Positions 1 through 8,627 of a stretch of DNA of 64,000 nucleotides are shown here, one piece after another. Below the pieces are notes generated by a model. That model did not search any database. It had not been told where the DNA came from and saw only the letters and a list, made by a program, of their open reading frames with translations. Location of the stretch: positions 768,001 through 832,000 of the forward strand of contig OY764159.1 in NCBI GenBank assembly GCA_963668175.1. Reading direction: 5' to 3'. Each line of letters opens with the position of its first letter. Positions within the stretch are counted from its first letter, which is position 1. This DNA is from Syntrophales bacterium. Its GTDB lineage: Bacteria; Desulfobacterota; Syntrophia; Syntrophales; PHBD01. The position numbers were made by a program, and so were the translations under genes.

Positions 1-126
1 GCCTTCACTTAAAGCCACGATTTCCATACCGACAAGTTCAGGGAGATAGCCCTTCATTACTTCGCGCAGGATTTCGATCGTCACTTCCGGCCGCAGGCGG
101 GGCGATTGTTCCGTGCGGTTTTCCAT
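1..126 (-). CDS. 5' part of a probable PaaI/hotdog-fold thioesterase (runs off the window edge)
   Basis: Minus-strand ATG at 126 with GGAGGGA RBS; reads MENRTEQSPRLRPEVTIEILREVMKGYLPELVGMEIVALSEG, resembling the hotdog thioesterase N-terminus (LGxEIVxxxxG). Confidence 0.55.
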   Translation of the reverse strand, partial: MENRTEQSPRLRPEVTIEILREVMKGYLPELVGMEIVALSEG

Positions 127-253
127 GAATCCCTCCTTATTGGTGATGGGTTGATCAGTCTGCAAGAGCGACACGGGCGGAGCGCAGTAAATTCCGATAG
201 CTTCAAGCGATCTGCACCTTGCTTGTAGCATTCAAGGTATTCCTGCTTCCCTT

Positions 254-1132
254 CTAATCTTTCCGGTTCTCTGCCCAACTCACGATATATTCTGTCGATT
301 TGTCCGGCCTGGCGATGTCCGGTTCCCGGACGGCCCATGCACCCTTCAGTCCCTGTTCCAGCGCCGTCAGCGCAAAATGGCACATGGCGATGCCCATATC
401 CACGCGCTGCAGGTCAGCAAGCTTGAGCAGTTTGAAGGTGAAGCTGCTTTTACCGTATCCCGGGGTGCGCTGGAGGAAGAAGTGCCAGTTGTCCCCTTTT
501 CGGACGATACGCCATGGCTGCTTGTTCGAGGCCGACGGTCCGATGCGCACCATATCGAGAACTGAAGCGTATGCTCCGGCGTCTTGGCGGGTAAGAGGAA
601 CCCCTAATTCCTCCTTGAAGAACAATTCATCCCAGGCCTTCCGATGGTCCGCATCGACCATCCGACGCATCTCGCCCTCCAATTTTCCCCTGCCGGCGAT
701 ATAACCCAGGGATGCCACTGCAGGGATGGACTCGTCCGGCTTCACGCCAATCTTCGCGGCAAACCGGCTCTTTGTAAAAGTCCCCCCCAGCCAGCATGTC
801 CCCAGTCCCAGGTCGGTAGCTTTCAATATAACCTGTTCCATCATGCAGCCGAAATCTTCCAGGTTTTTGTCCGCTTGTGAAACGGCGCCGATGATAAAGC
901 CGGATGCCCCTTTGATGACCCCGTAGGTTCCCAATCCCCTCAAAGAACTGCGGTCCCGCTCCGTTGCCGCCGCAATTTGAAACCGGACCGGCGTACCCAG
1001 GGGACCTTTCGTGAGCGGCGGCAAATAAGTGGCGAGACTTTCCAGGTCGGCGGAAGCAATGGTTTTCTGCTGGTATGTCCGGCAGGAATAACGCCTGCTT
1101 ATGACTTCGGCGACGGGTCTGCTTAAAAGCAT
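254..1132 (-). CDS. Nitroreductase family protein (tandem nitroreductase domains)
   Basis: RRYSCRTY N-terminus, GLGTCWLGG, GPSASNKQPWR and DMGIAMCHF motifs. Confidence 0.9.
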   Translation of the reverse strand: MLLSRPVAEVISRRYSCRTYQQKTIASADLESLATYLPPLTKGPLGTPVRFQIAAATERDRSSLRGLGTYGVIKGASGFIIGAVSQADKNLEDFGCMMEQVILKATDLGLGTCWLGGTFTKSRFAAKIGVKPDESIPAVASLGYIAGRGKLEGEMRRMVDADHRKAWDELFFKEELGVPLTRQDAGAYASVLDMVRIGPSASNKQPWRIVRKGDNWHFFLQRTPGYGKSSFTFKLLKLADLQRVDMGIAMCHFALTALEQGLKGAWAVREPDIARPDKSTEYIVSWAENRKD

Positions 1133-1332
1133 ACATCATCCCCCTGATGATCGGAAGAAGCGCTTTAGGGAAGGGCCCTGTCCTTATTGGTTCCTTCACC
1201 CCGGCTTTATTTTACAGAACCATCATGGCATAGAACAGCAGGATTGTAAATTAACTCCGTATTACAAAGACGTTTATCTTTGCTTCGGCCATATGTTGGT
1301 GTTACCATGATAGAAAAGAACAGGAGGTCCTG

Positions 1333-2430
1333 ATGTCAAACGATGCGCTCTTAAATCCAGTCAAAGTCGGCCGATACGAGCTTCCGAACCGGGTGTTCAT
1401 GGCACCGATGACGAGAAGCCGGGCGGATAATCCCGAAAATATTCCGACGTCCCTGATAGCCGAATACTATACCCAGCGGGCTTCTGCCGGCCTTATGATC
1501 AGCGAGGGCTCGCAGGTCTCGAAGCAGGCCGTCGGTTATATCCATACGCCGGGCATATACAGCCGGGCCCAGGTTGAAGGTTGGAAAACCGTCACCGCGG
1601 CCGTACACGAAAAGAAAGGCCATATCTTCTGCCAGCTTTGGCATTGCGGCCGAGTGTCCCATCCGGATTTTCACGGCGGCGAGCCCCCCGTTGCCCCTTC
1701 GGCGATCAACCCGAACTCGCAGTCCTTTACCCCGGAAGGATTCAAGGATACGGTAACGCCGCGCGCCCTGACCATAGACGAAATTCATGCCATTACGGTC
1801 GACTTCAGGAAAGCGGCGGAGAATACGATCGCTGCCGGCTTCGACGGTGTGGAGATCCATTCGGCGAACGGTTATCTCTTTCATCAGTTTTTCGCCAACT
1901 GTTCCAATATACGCACCGACGAATACGGCGGCAGCCACGAAAACAAGGCCCGTTTCTTCTTCGAAACCCTGGATGCCGTAGGCAAGGCCATAGGATTTGA
2001 CCGCGTGGGCATCCGGCTGAACCCATCGGCCCACAATTTCTTCGGCATCACGATCGACCGGGGCACCATTCCGACCTTCGAGCATATCACCGAGAGACTG
2101 AACGATTACACGGATCTCGCCTATGCGCATTTTGTCGAACCCATGAACCCGGTGGACGACGTACCTTATGCCGTAAAGGATATCGCCCGGCATTTCCGTC
2201 CCCGCTACAAGGGCACCATGGTGATCAACTGCCGTTTTAAGCAGGAAAGCGGCAACAGGGTGCTGGACGAGGGACTCGCCGACGCTGTCGCATTTGGGAA
2301 GGCCTTCATAGCGAACCCGGACCTCGTCGAACGCATCCGCCGGAAGGCGGCATGGGCCAAGTGGGACGACAAGACTTTCTATACGCCGGGCCCCAAGGGT
2401 TATACCGACTATCCTTTCCTCGACGGGTGA
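1333..2430 (+). CDS. Alkene reductase / NADH:flavin oxidoreductase (Old Yellow Enzyme, NemA-like)
   Basis: NRVFMAPMTRSRA, QLWHCGR, GFDGVEIHSANGYL, RTDEYGGS and FYTPGPKGYTDYP motifs; AGGAGG RBS. Confidence 0.95.
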   Translation: MSNDALLNPVKVGRYELPNRVFMAPMTRSRADNPENIPTSLIAEYYTQRASAGLMISEGSQVSKQAVGYIHTPGIYSRAQVEGWKTVTAAVHEKKGHIFCQLWHCGRVSHPDFHGGEPPVAPSAINPNSQSFTPEGFKDTVTPRALTIDEIHAITVDFRKAAENTIAAGFDGVEIHSANGYLFHQFFANCSNIRTDEYGGSHENKARFFFETLDAVGKAIGFDRVGIRLNPSAHNFFGITIDRGTIPTFEHITERLNDYTDLAYAHFVEPMNPVDDVPYAVKDIARHFRPRYKGTMVINCRFKQESGNRVLDEGLADAVAFGKAFIANPDLVERIRRKAAWAKWDDKTFYTPGPKGYTDYPFLDG

Positions 2431-2595
2431 ATGGCGGGATGCGACGCCAATACGGATTACAATTTCCGAAAAGGTAGCGGCGATCTGATCGTCCGATCAT
2501 CTATCTCACGCATTCCGTCGCCGCAGGTGTCGTCTCTAAAAACCGGGCGCGGAACAACGATACCGTTATTCAGGCAAGTGATATTTTGCTTGACT

Positions 2596-2630
2596 TTATT
2601 TGACATACAAAATATACGTATGCCAAATAA
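2596..2630. promoter_or_regulatory. 13-bp imperfect inverted repeat (operator-like) overlapping the promoter of the 2650 gene
   Basis: TTATTTGACATAC-N9-GTATGCCAAATAA; arms match 12/13 and include a TTGACA hexamer. Confidence 0.55.
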
Positions 2631-2649
2631 TATTCCCGGAGGTTTTCCC

Positions 2650-3405
2650 ATGGATGCAGTCGTCGAGGCAATCAGGGTCTTATGCGAACAGAACGGCATT
2701 CCCGTATTCGGCATCGGGGACGCGTCTCTCCTTGAAGCGGCGCCGGAGGGTTATCGGCCGTCCGACAATCTTCCCGGGGCGAAGAGCGTGGTGTGTCTGG
2801 GGATACCCGTGCCGAAAGGGGTCTTATGGCAAAACGGCCGGTCGAACGCCGTCTATGGGAGGACGGCCAATATTTACTACAGAAAGATGGATACCGTGCT
2901 GCTGCAGGCGGCATGCCTCCTGGAAACAACGGGTTCGTCGGCGTTGCCGGTCTTCGGCTGATTCCCCTATGACGTGAAAGGTCCGGGGGACTTTTGGGGT
3001 TATCTCGCTCTGCCGCAGATGGCGGAGGCGGTGGGATTGGGAAAGATCGGCGGGAACGGTCTTCTGTTTAACGCCGTATACGGTCCCCGGCTGATCCTGG
3101 GCGGCATCCTGACGTCGGCCGAACTGCCGGCAGCGGCCTGGCCGAAGCAGGACGAACAGGGCTGCCCGCCGGGCTGTTCCGCCTGCCGGGAGGCATGCCC
3201 GATCGGGGCAATCGATCCGGCAGGCAAGGTCAATCGGGTATCTTGCCTGTTGCATTCCATGGAAAGCCCGATCCTGTCCCATCTGATCAAGTCGAGGGAA
3301 TTCGGTCCTGCCGATATCGAGGGCGTCGTCAACACGGCGGGCATCGACGATCATTCGCTGTATAAATGTACCCGCTGCGTTTCCGCCTGTCCGTATCCTG
3401 GGTGA
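2650..3405 (+). CDS. QueG/reductive-dehalogenase-like 2x[4Fe-4S] protein, probable selenoprotein (Sec at codon 104, TGA 2959-2961)
   Basis: ORFs 2431..2961 and 2974..3405 are in the same frame, separated only by TGA (…LPVFG-U-FPYDVKG…). GGAGG RBS before ATG 2650. Motifs PGAKSVVCLGIP, AEAVGLGKIGGNGLL, YGPRLILGGILT, CPPGCSACREACP and CTRCVSACP. Hairpin downstream of the TGA. Confidence 0.8.
2962..2999 (+). promoter_or_regulatory. Candidate bacterial SECIS element
   Basis: Stem AAAGGTCC(2977-2984)/GGACTTTT(2988-2995) with a GGG apical loop 23 nt after the TGA, plus possible lower pairing CCCC(2964-2967)/GGGG(2996-2999). Confidence 0.6.
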
Positions 3406-3425
3406 AGGAGAAAGGGAGGTTTCCT

Positions 3426-3869
3426 GTGAACAGAGCGTGGCTCGCACCCTGCGGGTTGTATTGCGGGGCCTGTGGCGTCCTGATTGCGGACCGGACGCAT
3501 GACGACATCCTGAAGGGCAAGATGGCCAAGGCCTTCGGGGTCGCCGTCGAAGATATCCGATGCAATGGCTGCATGTCCGGGACGGTGTTCGTCTACTGCC
3601 GGACCTGCGCCGTCCGGAAATGCGCCGTGGAGAAGGGATATGAGGGGTGTTATCGGTGTGACGCCTTTCCCTGCGGGCATATAGAAAATTTCCCAGTCCC
3701 CGAGGGCAAGCGGATCATTCTGCGATCCATACCCGAATGGCGTACCCTGGGAACGGAAAAATGGACGGAAGGGGAAGAGAAACGCTATAGCTGCGCGAAC
3801 TGCGGCGCACCGCTGTTCAGGGGGGCCAGAAAGTGCCGCGCCTGCGAGACTCCCTTCATGGACATATGA
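3426..3869 (+). CDS. DUF3795-type cysteine-rich protein
   Basis: GTG start after GGGAGG; APCGLYCGAC, CNGC, CxxRxC…GCYRCDAFPC and C-terminal CANCG…CRAC zinc-ribbon motifs. Confidence 0.8.
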   Translation: MNRAWLAPCGLYCGACGVLIADRTHDDILKGKMAKAFGVAVEDIRCNGCMSGTVFVYCRTCAVRKCAVEKGYEGCYRCDAFPCGHIENFPVPEGKRIILRSIPEWRTLGTEKWTEGEEKRYSCANCGAPLFRGARKCRACETPFMDI

Positions 3870-3995
3870 GAGGGAGACTGCGGGGCGCTTGCCGATTCTG
3901 ATATCCGTCGTGATCTTTCATCCCGAAGAAAAGCGGCTTCGCCGAACGGCCGTATATTGCCGGCGACAGCCTGAGGGTCGCTCCGGCAGCAGGTC

Positions 3996-4583
3996 CTATT
4001 GATGGTACTTGCGAATGACGGCGGTTATGACCCCGCCCAGGCGGAGTTCCGATCTCGCTTTGATAGGCGGATATTTGGGATTGGCGGCTTCCAGAATGAC
4101 GGTCTCCCCTTTGCGGGTAAAATACTTCATCGTCCATTCCCCATCCACGTCGGCGACGACGACATCGCCGCTCTTGGGTTCCCGCTCCCTGTCCACGATG
4201 ACCAAGTCGCCTTCCCTGATGCCCTCTCCGATCATGGAGTCCCCGGTGACCTTCAGGATATAAGAGGTTCCCGGTTTGGTCATCAGATAGTCCTCAAGGA
4301 CGAGGACATCCCTCAGTTCTTCCTCGGCGGGGGAGGGAAATCCGGCGGCGACGTTACCCACGACGGGGAGGCCCCCAAAGGAACCCGAAGGGATCAGGAA
4401 CCCTTTTTTGTCCTTGGCAAGGAAGCCGTTGGCCAGGAGCTTCCTGACCCAGAACTGAACAGCGCTTTTGGAGCGTACGTCCAGAAGTTCCATCATCTCC
4501 GTATAGGTTGGCATCCGTTTGCGGTCGTGAAAGAAGGCCGCTATCGCCTTCGCGACGGTCTGAATGGTACGTTTCTCGTTCAT
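3996..4583 (-). CDS. LexA/UmuD-like repressor (N-terminal HTH plus S24 autopeptidase)
   Basis: HTH-like region MPTYTEMMELLDVRSKSAV; cleavage site VAAGFPSP; catalytic Ser in GDSM and Lys in WTMK. The start is placed at ATG 4583 because the upstream TTG at 4619 coincides with the -35 box. Confidence 0.9.
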   Translation of the reverse strand: MNEKRTIQTVAKAIAAFFHDRKRMPTYTEMMELLDVRSKSAVQFWVRKLLANGFLAKDKKGFLIPSGSFGGLPVVGNVAAGFPSPAEEELRDVLVLEDYLMTKPGTSYILKVTGDSMIGEGIREGDLVIVDREREPKSGDVVVADVDGEWTMKYFTRKGETVILEAANPKYPPIKARSELRLGGVITAVIRKYHQ

Positions 4584-4590
4584 GGAGGGT

Positions 4591-4619
4591 ATGTTATAGG
4601 ACGAACGTTCTATTGTCAA
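4591..4619 (-). promoter_or_regulatory. Sigma70 promoter of the LexA-like gene with a palindromic operator in the spacer
   Basis: Minus strand TTGACA-N17-TAACAT; the inverted repeat ATAGAAC-GTTC-GTCCTAT (4596-4613) fills the spacer. Confidence 0.7.
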
Positions 4620-4655
4620 GGGGTAAAATCGGGGTATTTTAGCCGCCGGCGGGAA

Positions 4656-5561
4656 TCAGCTCCGGGGAGGTTTCAGAGCACGGACCACCTCTCTTGCCAC
4701 ACCGAGCAGATTATGGAGAACGAGGGAACGATTGTCGGCCAACCAGGCCATCTTGAGGACCGTTACGGCATCCCCGGCAATCGTCCGGAAGACCACCCCT
4801 TCGATCCGGGAGCGCTGCATGGAGGCAGGCATGATGGCCAGGCCGATTCCCGCGGCCACCAGACCGACGATCGTGTGAAACTGCGATGCCTCCAAGACGA
4901 CGTTGGGGCTGAAACCCTCCTGCTGGCAGAGGGCGATGATATGATCGAAGAAGCCGGGACCCCGCTGTCGCGGAATCATGATAAAGGGCTCCCGGGCGAG
5001 CAGGCGGAGCGGTAGGGGGTTTTCTCCCCGAAGGGCATGATTTCCAGGCATCGCCACCATCAGAGGTTCCCGAAAGATGGCTTCCGCGGCAATGCCTTCA
5101 TGCTCGATGCCTTGCGGCGGCCGGAGGAAGCCCACCTGTAATCTCCCGTCCTGGATGGCCTCAAGCTGCTGGCTCGTATTCATTTCCGTCAACGTAATCT
5201 CGACATCAGGAAAACGGCGGCGGAATTCCCGGATGACCTGGGGCAGCACGCTGTAATTGGCGGAGCCGATGAAACCCATCGCCAGCTGTCCAATCTCTCC
5301 CTTGTCGGCACGAATGGTCCTGTGCACGGCGTCTTCCGACATGGCCAGTATGCGCCGGGCCTCGGCCAGGAAGACCTGCCCCGCCGGGGTGAGTTCCACG
5401 CGCCGCTTGGTCCTGTTGAAAAGCCGGACGCCGATCTCTGCTTCCAGTTGCCTGATCTGCTGGCTCAGGGGCGGCTGGGAGATATTCAGTCTCTTTGCCG
5501 CCCGGCTGAAATGCAATTCCTCGGCAACGGCAATGAAGTAGTGTAGATGTCTCAGCTCCAT
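4656..5561 (-). CDS. LysR-family transcriptional regulator
   Basis: MELRHLHYFIAVAEELHFSRAAKRLNISQPPLSQQIRQLE HTH; divergent from the ptb-buk operon. Confidence 0.95.
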   Translation of the reverse strand: MELRHLHYFIAVAEELHFSRAAKRLNISQPPLSQQIRQLEAEIGVRLFNRTKRRVELTPAGQVFLAEARRILAMSEDAVHRTIRADKGEIGQLAMGFIGSANYSVLPQVIREFRRRFPDVEITLTEMNTSQQLEAIQDGRLQVGFLRPPQGIEHEGIAAEAIFREPLMVAMPGNHALRGENPLPLRLLAREPFIMIPRQRGPGFFDHIIALCQQEGFSPNVVLEASQFHTIVGLVAAGIGLAIMPASMQRSRIEGVVFRTIAGDAVTVLKMAWLADNRSLVLHNLLGVAREVVRALKPPRS

Positions 5562-5698
5562 AAATTCTTAAAACATATCAAATTTAGATAAATAATATAT
5601 TTTTGATTTCAGAGAAAGTATATTACCGTTCCGCATAAGTCAACGGTTAAATGAGACGTCATCTTTTACAGGATAAGCCTAGGAGAGGGGGATTGGCG

Positions 5699-6619
5699 AT
5701 GATCAGGTCGTTGAGCGATTTTGCCAGACTGGCAAAGGAAAAAGGACCGAAGAGAATGGCCGTGCTTGCTCCCGAGGACGAGGAGTTCATGCTGGCGGTC
5801 AAGAAGAGTCGGGACCTGGGCTACATTGAGCCCGTCCTTATCGGCAACGACGGGAAGATCGCCGATGTGGCGGCGGCCGTCGCTTTCGATACAACCCCAT
5901 TTCAGAAAATTTCCGGAGGCGGGCACCAGTCCATTTCCGATCTCGGAATCCGGATGCTCTTTTCCGGCGAGGCGCCTATTGCCGGCAAGGGACAGATTCC
6001 CACCTCCTACATCTACCGCTCCATCATCCGTGAGGAGGCGAAGGCCGTCTCGGGCATGACGGTGAGCGTCGTTACCTTCTGGGAAATCCCCGGGATCGAT
6101 CACCTGGTCGTCTTCACCGATACGGGTGTGAACATCAAGCCCGATCTCAAAGCCAAAGGCGAAATCATCAAGAACGCGGTCTTTGTTTACCATCTCCTCG
6201 GTTATCCTAAGCCGAAGATCGCCGTTCTGTCGGGCCAGCGCGATGTCGGCGGCGAGCTTGCCTCATACGCGGATTTCAAGGCACTTAAAGATGCTGCAGC
6301 AGCAGGAGAATTTGGTTCCTGCGAGATCGTGGCGGCGACTTCGTTCACCGATATCTTCCTCGGTGGGCGGGAAAGACGGGTCGATTACGGCCGGATCAGT
6401 GGCGAAGAGATGCCCCACATCCTCCTCGTACCTTGTCTGGATACGGGCAACATCATCTGCAAGCTCGACTTCTTTCTCGATGTGAACAGGAGCTCCCTGG
6501 TCGCAACTTCCCGGGGGCCGGTCTGTATCCCCGCCCGGTCCGATTTCAGCGACAGCATTGTACAGCAGATCGCCATGTGCGTCGTCCTGGCCGATCGCAT
6601 GGAAAAGGAGGTCAAGTAA
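5699..6619 (+). CDS. Phosphate acyltransferase (Ptb/Pta family), divergent copy A
   Basis: DTGVNIKPD, KNAV…LGYPKPKIAVL, ILLVPCLDTGNIICK and PARSD motifs; AGGAGAGG upstream. Confidence 0.8.
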   Translation: MIRSLSDFARLAKEKGPKRMAVLAPEDEEFMLAVKKSRDLGYIEPVLIGNDGKIADVAAAVAFDTTPFQKISGGGHQSISDLGIRMLFSGEAPIAGKGQIPTSYIYRSIIREEAKAVSGMTVSVVTFWEIPGIDHLVVFTDTGVNIKPDLKAKGEIIKNAVFVYHLLGYPKPKIAVLSGQRDVGGELASYADFKALKDAAAAGEFGSCEIVAATSFTDIFLGGRERRVDYGRISGEEMPHILLVPCLDTGNIICKLDFFLDVNRSSLVATSRGPVCIPARSDFSDSIVQQIAMCVVLADRMEKEVK

Positions 6620-6620
6620 T

Positions 6621-7538
6621 ATGCTGAATACATTCAGAGATATTATAGACGCGGCCAGGCAGGGCGGGATCAGGAAAATGGTCGTTCCCAGCCCCCTTGC
6701 GGCCGATCTCCCTCCCCTCGCCGAAGCAACAAGTGCCGGGTTGGTTGTTCCCTGCTTCATCGGAGACGGCAAAATCCTGAAGAACCTGCTCAAAGATTCA
6801 AGGCTGGCGGCGGGAAGCTATGAACTGATCGAAGAGAAAGATTCCGCAAAGGTTCTGACACGGGCGATGGCTGCCGCCCGCGACGATGCCGGCGATATCC
6901 TCATGCAGGGCGGCATTCCTGCCGGGGAATTTCTGGATGCCGTCCGCGACAAGGAAGATGGCTTGGTGCCGAAAGGCGGAATCATGAGTTATGTTTCCGT
7001 TTTTCCTCTTCTGAAGAGAGAGAAGCTCATTCTCGTAACGGACACGCTGATTAACAACAATCCAACCCTGGTGGAAAAACAGCAGATCCTCAACAATGCC
7101 CTGAAACTGGCCGATATTCTGGGCTTCGAGACGCCGAAGACGGCCGTCCTCGCCGCCATCGAGCAGGTGAATCCCGGCATTCCCTCAACGCTGGATGCCG
7201 CTGTCCTTTCCAAGATGGGGGAACGGCGCCAGTTCGGGAAGGCCGTCGTGGAAGGGCCGCTTGATATCGACTGCGCCTTGAGCCAGACGGCGGCGGAAAG
7301 AAAGGGACTGCGCAGCGCCGTGACCGGCAACGTCGATATTTATCTGGTCCCTGAAGTCGACACGGGTCTTCTGCTGGCCGAGGCTCTCGTCTTTTTCGGC
7401 GGGATGAAGACCGCCGGCGCAGTTATGGGAACGGCCAAACCCGTCATCATGAACCTCCCTATCGTAGCCGCCGAAAACCGGATCGTGGAAATCGCCCTGG
7501 CGTGCCTGCGGGGCGGGAAAGGAGACCGGCATGGGTGA
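6621..7538 (+). CDS. Phosphate butyryltransferase-like protein, copy B
   Basis: PKTAVLAAIEQVNP, TLDAAVLSKM, VEGPLDIDCALS and GNVDIYLVP motifs; AAGGAGG RBS. Confidence 0.85.
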   Translation: MLNTFRDIIDAARQGGIRKMVVPSPLAADLPPLAEATSAGLVVPCFIGDGKILKNLLKDSRLAAGSYELIEEKDSAKVLTRAMAAARDDAGDILMQGGIPAGEFLDAVRDKEDGLVPKGGIMSYVSVFPLLKREKLILVTDTLINNNPTLVEKQQILNNALKLADILGFETPKTAVLAAIEQVNPGIPSTLDAAVLSKMGERRQFGKAVVEGPLDIDCALSQTAAERKGLRSAVTGNVDIYLVPEVDTGLLLAEALVFFGGMKTAGAVMGTAKPVIMNLPIVAAENRIVEIALACLRGGKGDRHG

Positions 7539-8613
7539 AGAATATCGCCTGCTCGTCATCAATGTGGGATCGACCTCGACCAAAGTCGCCTATTTCCGGG
7601 GCAAGGAAGCCGCAGCCCAGGAGAATATCCGTTATCGTGCCGAGGACCTGGCGGGATTTTCTTCCCTGGAAGAACAGCTGCCGCGCCGCAAGGAAGACGT
7701 GCTGAACTTTCTTGCCGGCCATGGGGTCGGTCCCGAGGAGATGGACATCGTCGTCAGTCGCGGCGGGCTGGGTATGCCCGCGCCGGCCGGGGCCTATCGC
7801 ATCGACGACGTCATGTGCCGGGACCTGCTGGAAGGCAAGTACGGGAAACACCCTTCGGCGCTGGGGCCGGCCATGGCGAGGGAGTTCTCGAAAAAATTCG
7901 GCATGCCGGCCATTGTGATCGATCCCCCGAGCACCGACGAATTCGGGCCCCTGGCCAGATTTTCCGGTATCTCTGAAATTGAGCGTCAAAGCGCCTTTCA
8001 CGCCCTCAATCAGAAGATGGCGGCCAGAAAATGCGCCGCCGCCCAGGGGAAGAAATATGAAGAGATGAATCTGATCGTCGCCCATCTCGGCGGCGGCGTC
8101 ACTATCGGCGCCCATGAGCGGGGACGCGTCATCGACTCCACGCACGGACTTATGGAAGGGCCGTTCACACCGGAAAGGGCCGGTACGCTGCCGACGCTCG
8201 CCCTCTTAGAGCTGGCCTCTTCGGGAAAGCTGGATAAGAAAGGGCTTCAGGGCAGGCTGGTGGGACAAGGGGGGCTGGCGGCCTACCTGGGAGTGACGGA
8301 TGCCCAGAGTGTGGAAGCCATGGTCAGGAACGGCGACACGAAAGCAAAGCTCGTTTTTGAGGCGATGGCCTATCAGATTGCCAAAGACATCGGTGCTATG
8401 GCCGTCGTCCTGATGGGACGCGTGGACGGGATCGTCATCACCGGCGGATTGGCCCACTCCGGGATGCTTACGGACTGGGTCAAAGAGAGAGTGGCCTTTC
8501 TGGCCCCCGTCTTTGTGTATCCCGGAGAAGATGAGATGGTGGCGCTGGCCGAAGGCGGCATCAGGGTCCTGCAGAAACAGGAGGAGGTCAAGACATACGG
8601 ACACGAGCGATGA
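7531..8613 (+). CDS. buk: Butyrate (short/branched-chain fatty acid) kinase
   Basis: INVGSTSTK, SRGG, FHALNQK, AHLGGG, GPFTPERAG, TGGLAHS and YPGEDEM motifs. Confidence 0.92.
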   Translation: MGEEYRLLVINVGSTSTKVAYFRGKEAAAQENIRYRAEDLAGFSSLEEQLPRRKEDVLNFLAGHGVGPEEMDIVVSRGGLGMPAPAGAYRIDDVMCRDLLEGKYGKHPSALGPAMAREFSKKFGMPAIVIDPPSTDEFGPLARFSGISEIERQSAFHALNQKMAARKCAAAQGKKYEEMNLIVAHLGGGVTIGAHERGRVIDSTHGLMEGPFTPERAGTLPTLALLELASSGKLDKKGLQGRLVGQGGLAAYLGVTDAQSVEAMVRNGDTKAKLVFEAMAYQIAKDIGAMAVVLMGRVDGIVITGGLAHSGMLTDWVKERVAFLAPVFVYPGEDEMVALAEGGIRVLQKQEEVKTYGHER

Positions 8614-8627
8614 TTTAAAGGAGATCT

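Noticed and set aside
2428..2649. The TGA stop of the OYE gene is followed in-frame by an open frame (2431..), suggesting readthrough or a longer N-terminus
   Set aside because: The OYE protein ends at its normal GYTDYP C-terminus, the intervening sequence is promoter-like and AT-rich, and a good RBS marks ATG 2650 as the next start.
3996..4583. LexA-like gene as a prophage repressor
   Set aside because: No phage genes nearby; the flanks are metabolic and regulatory genes.
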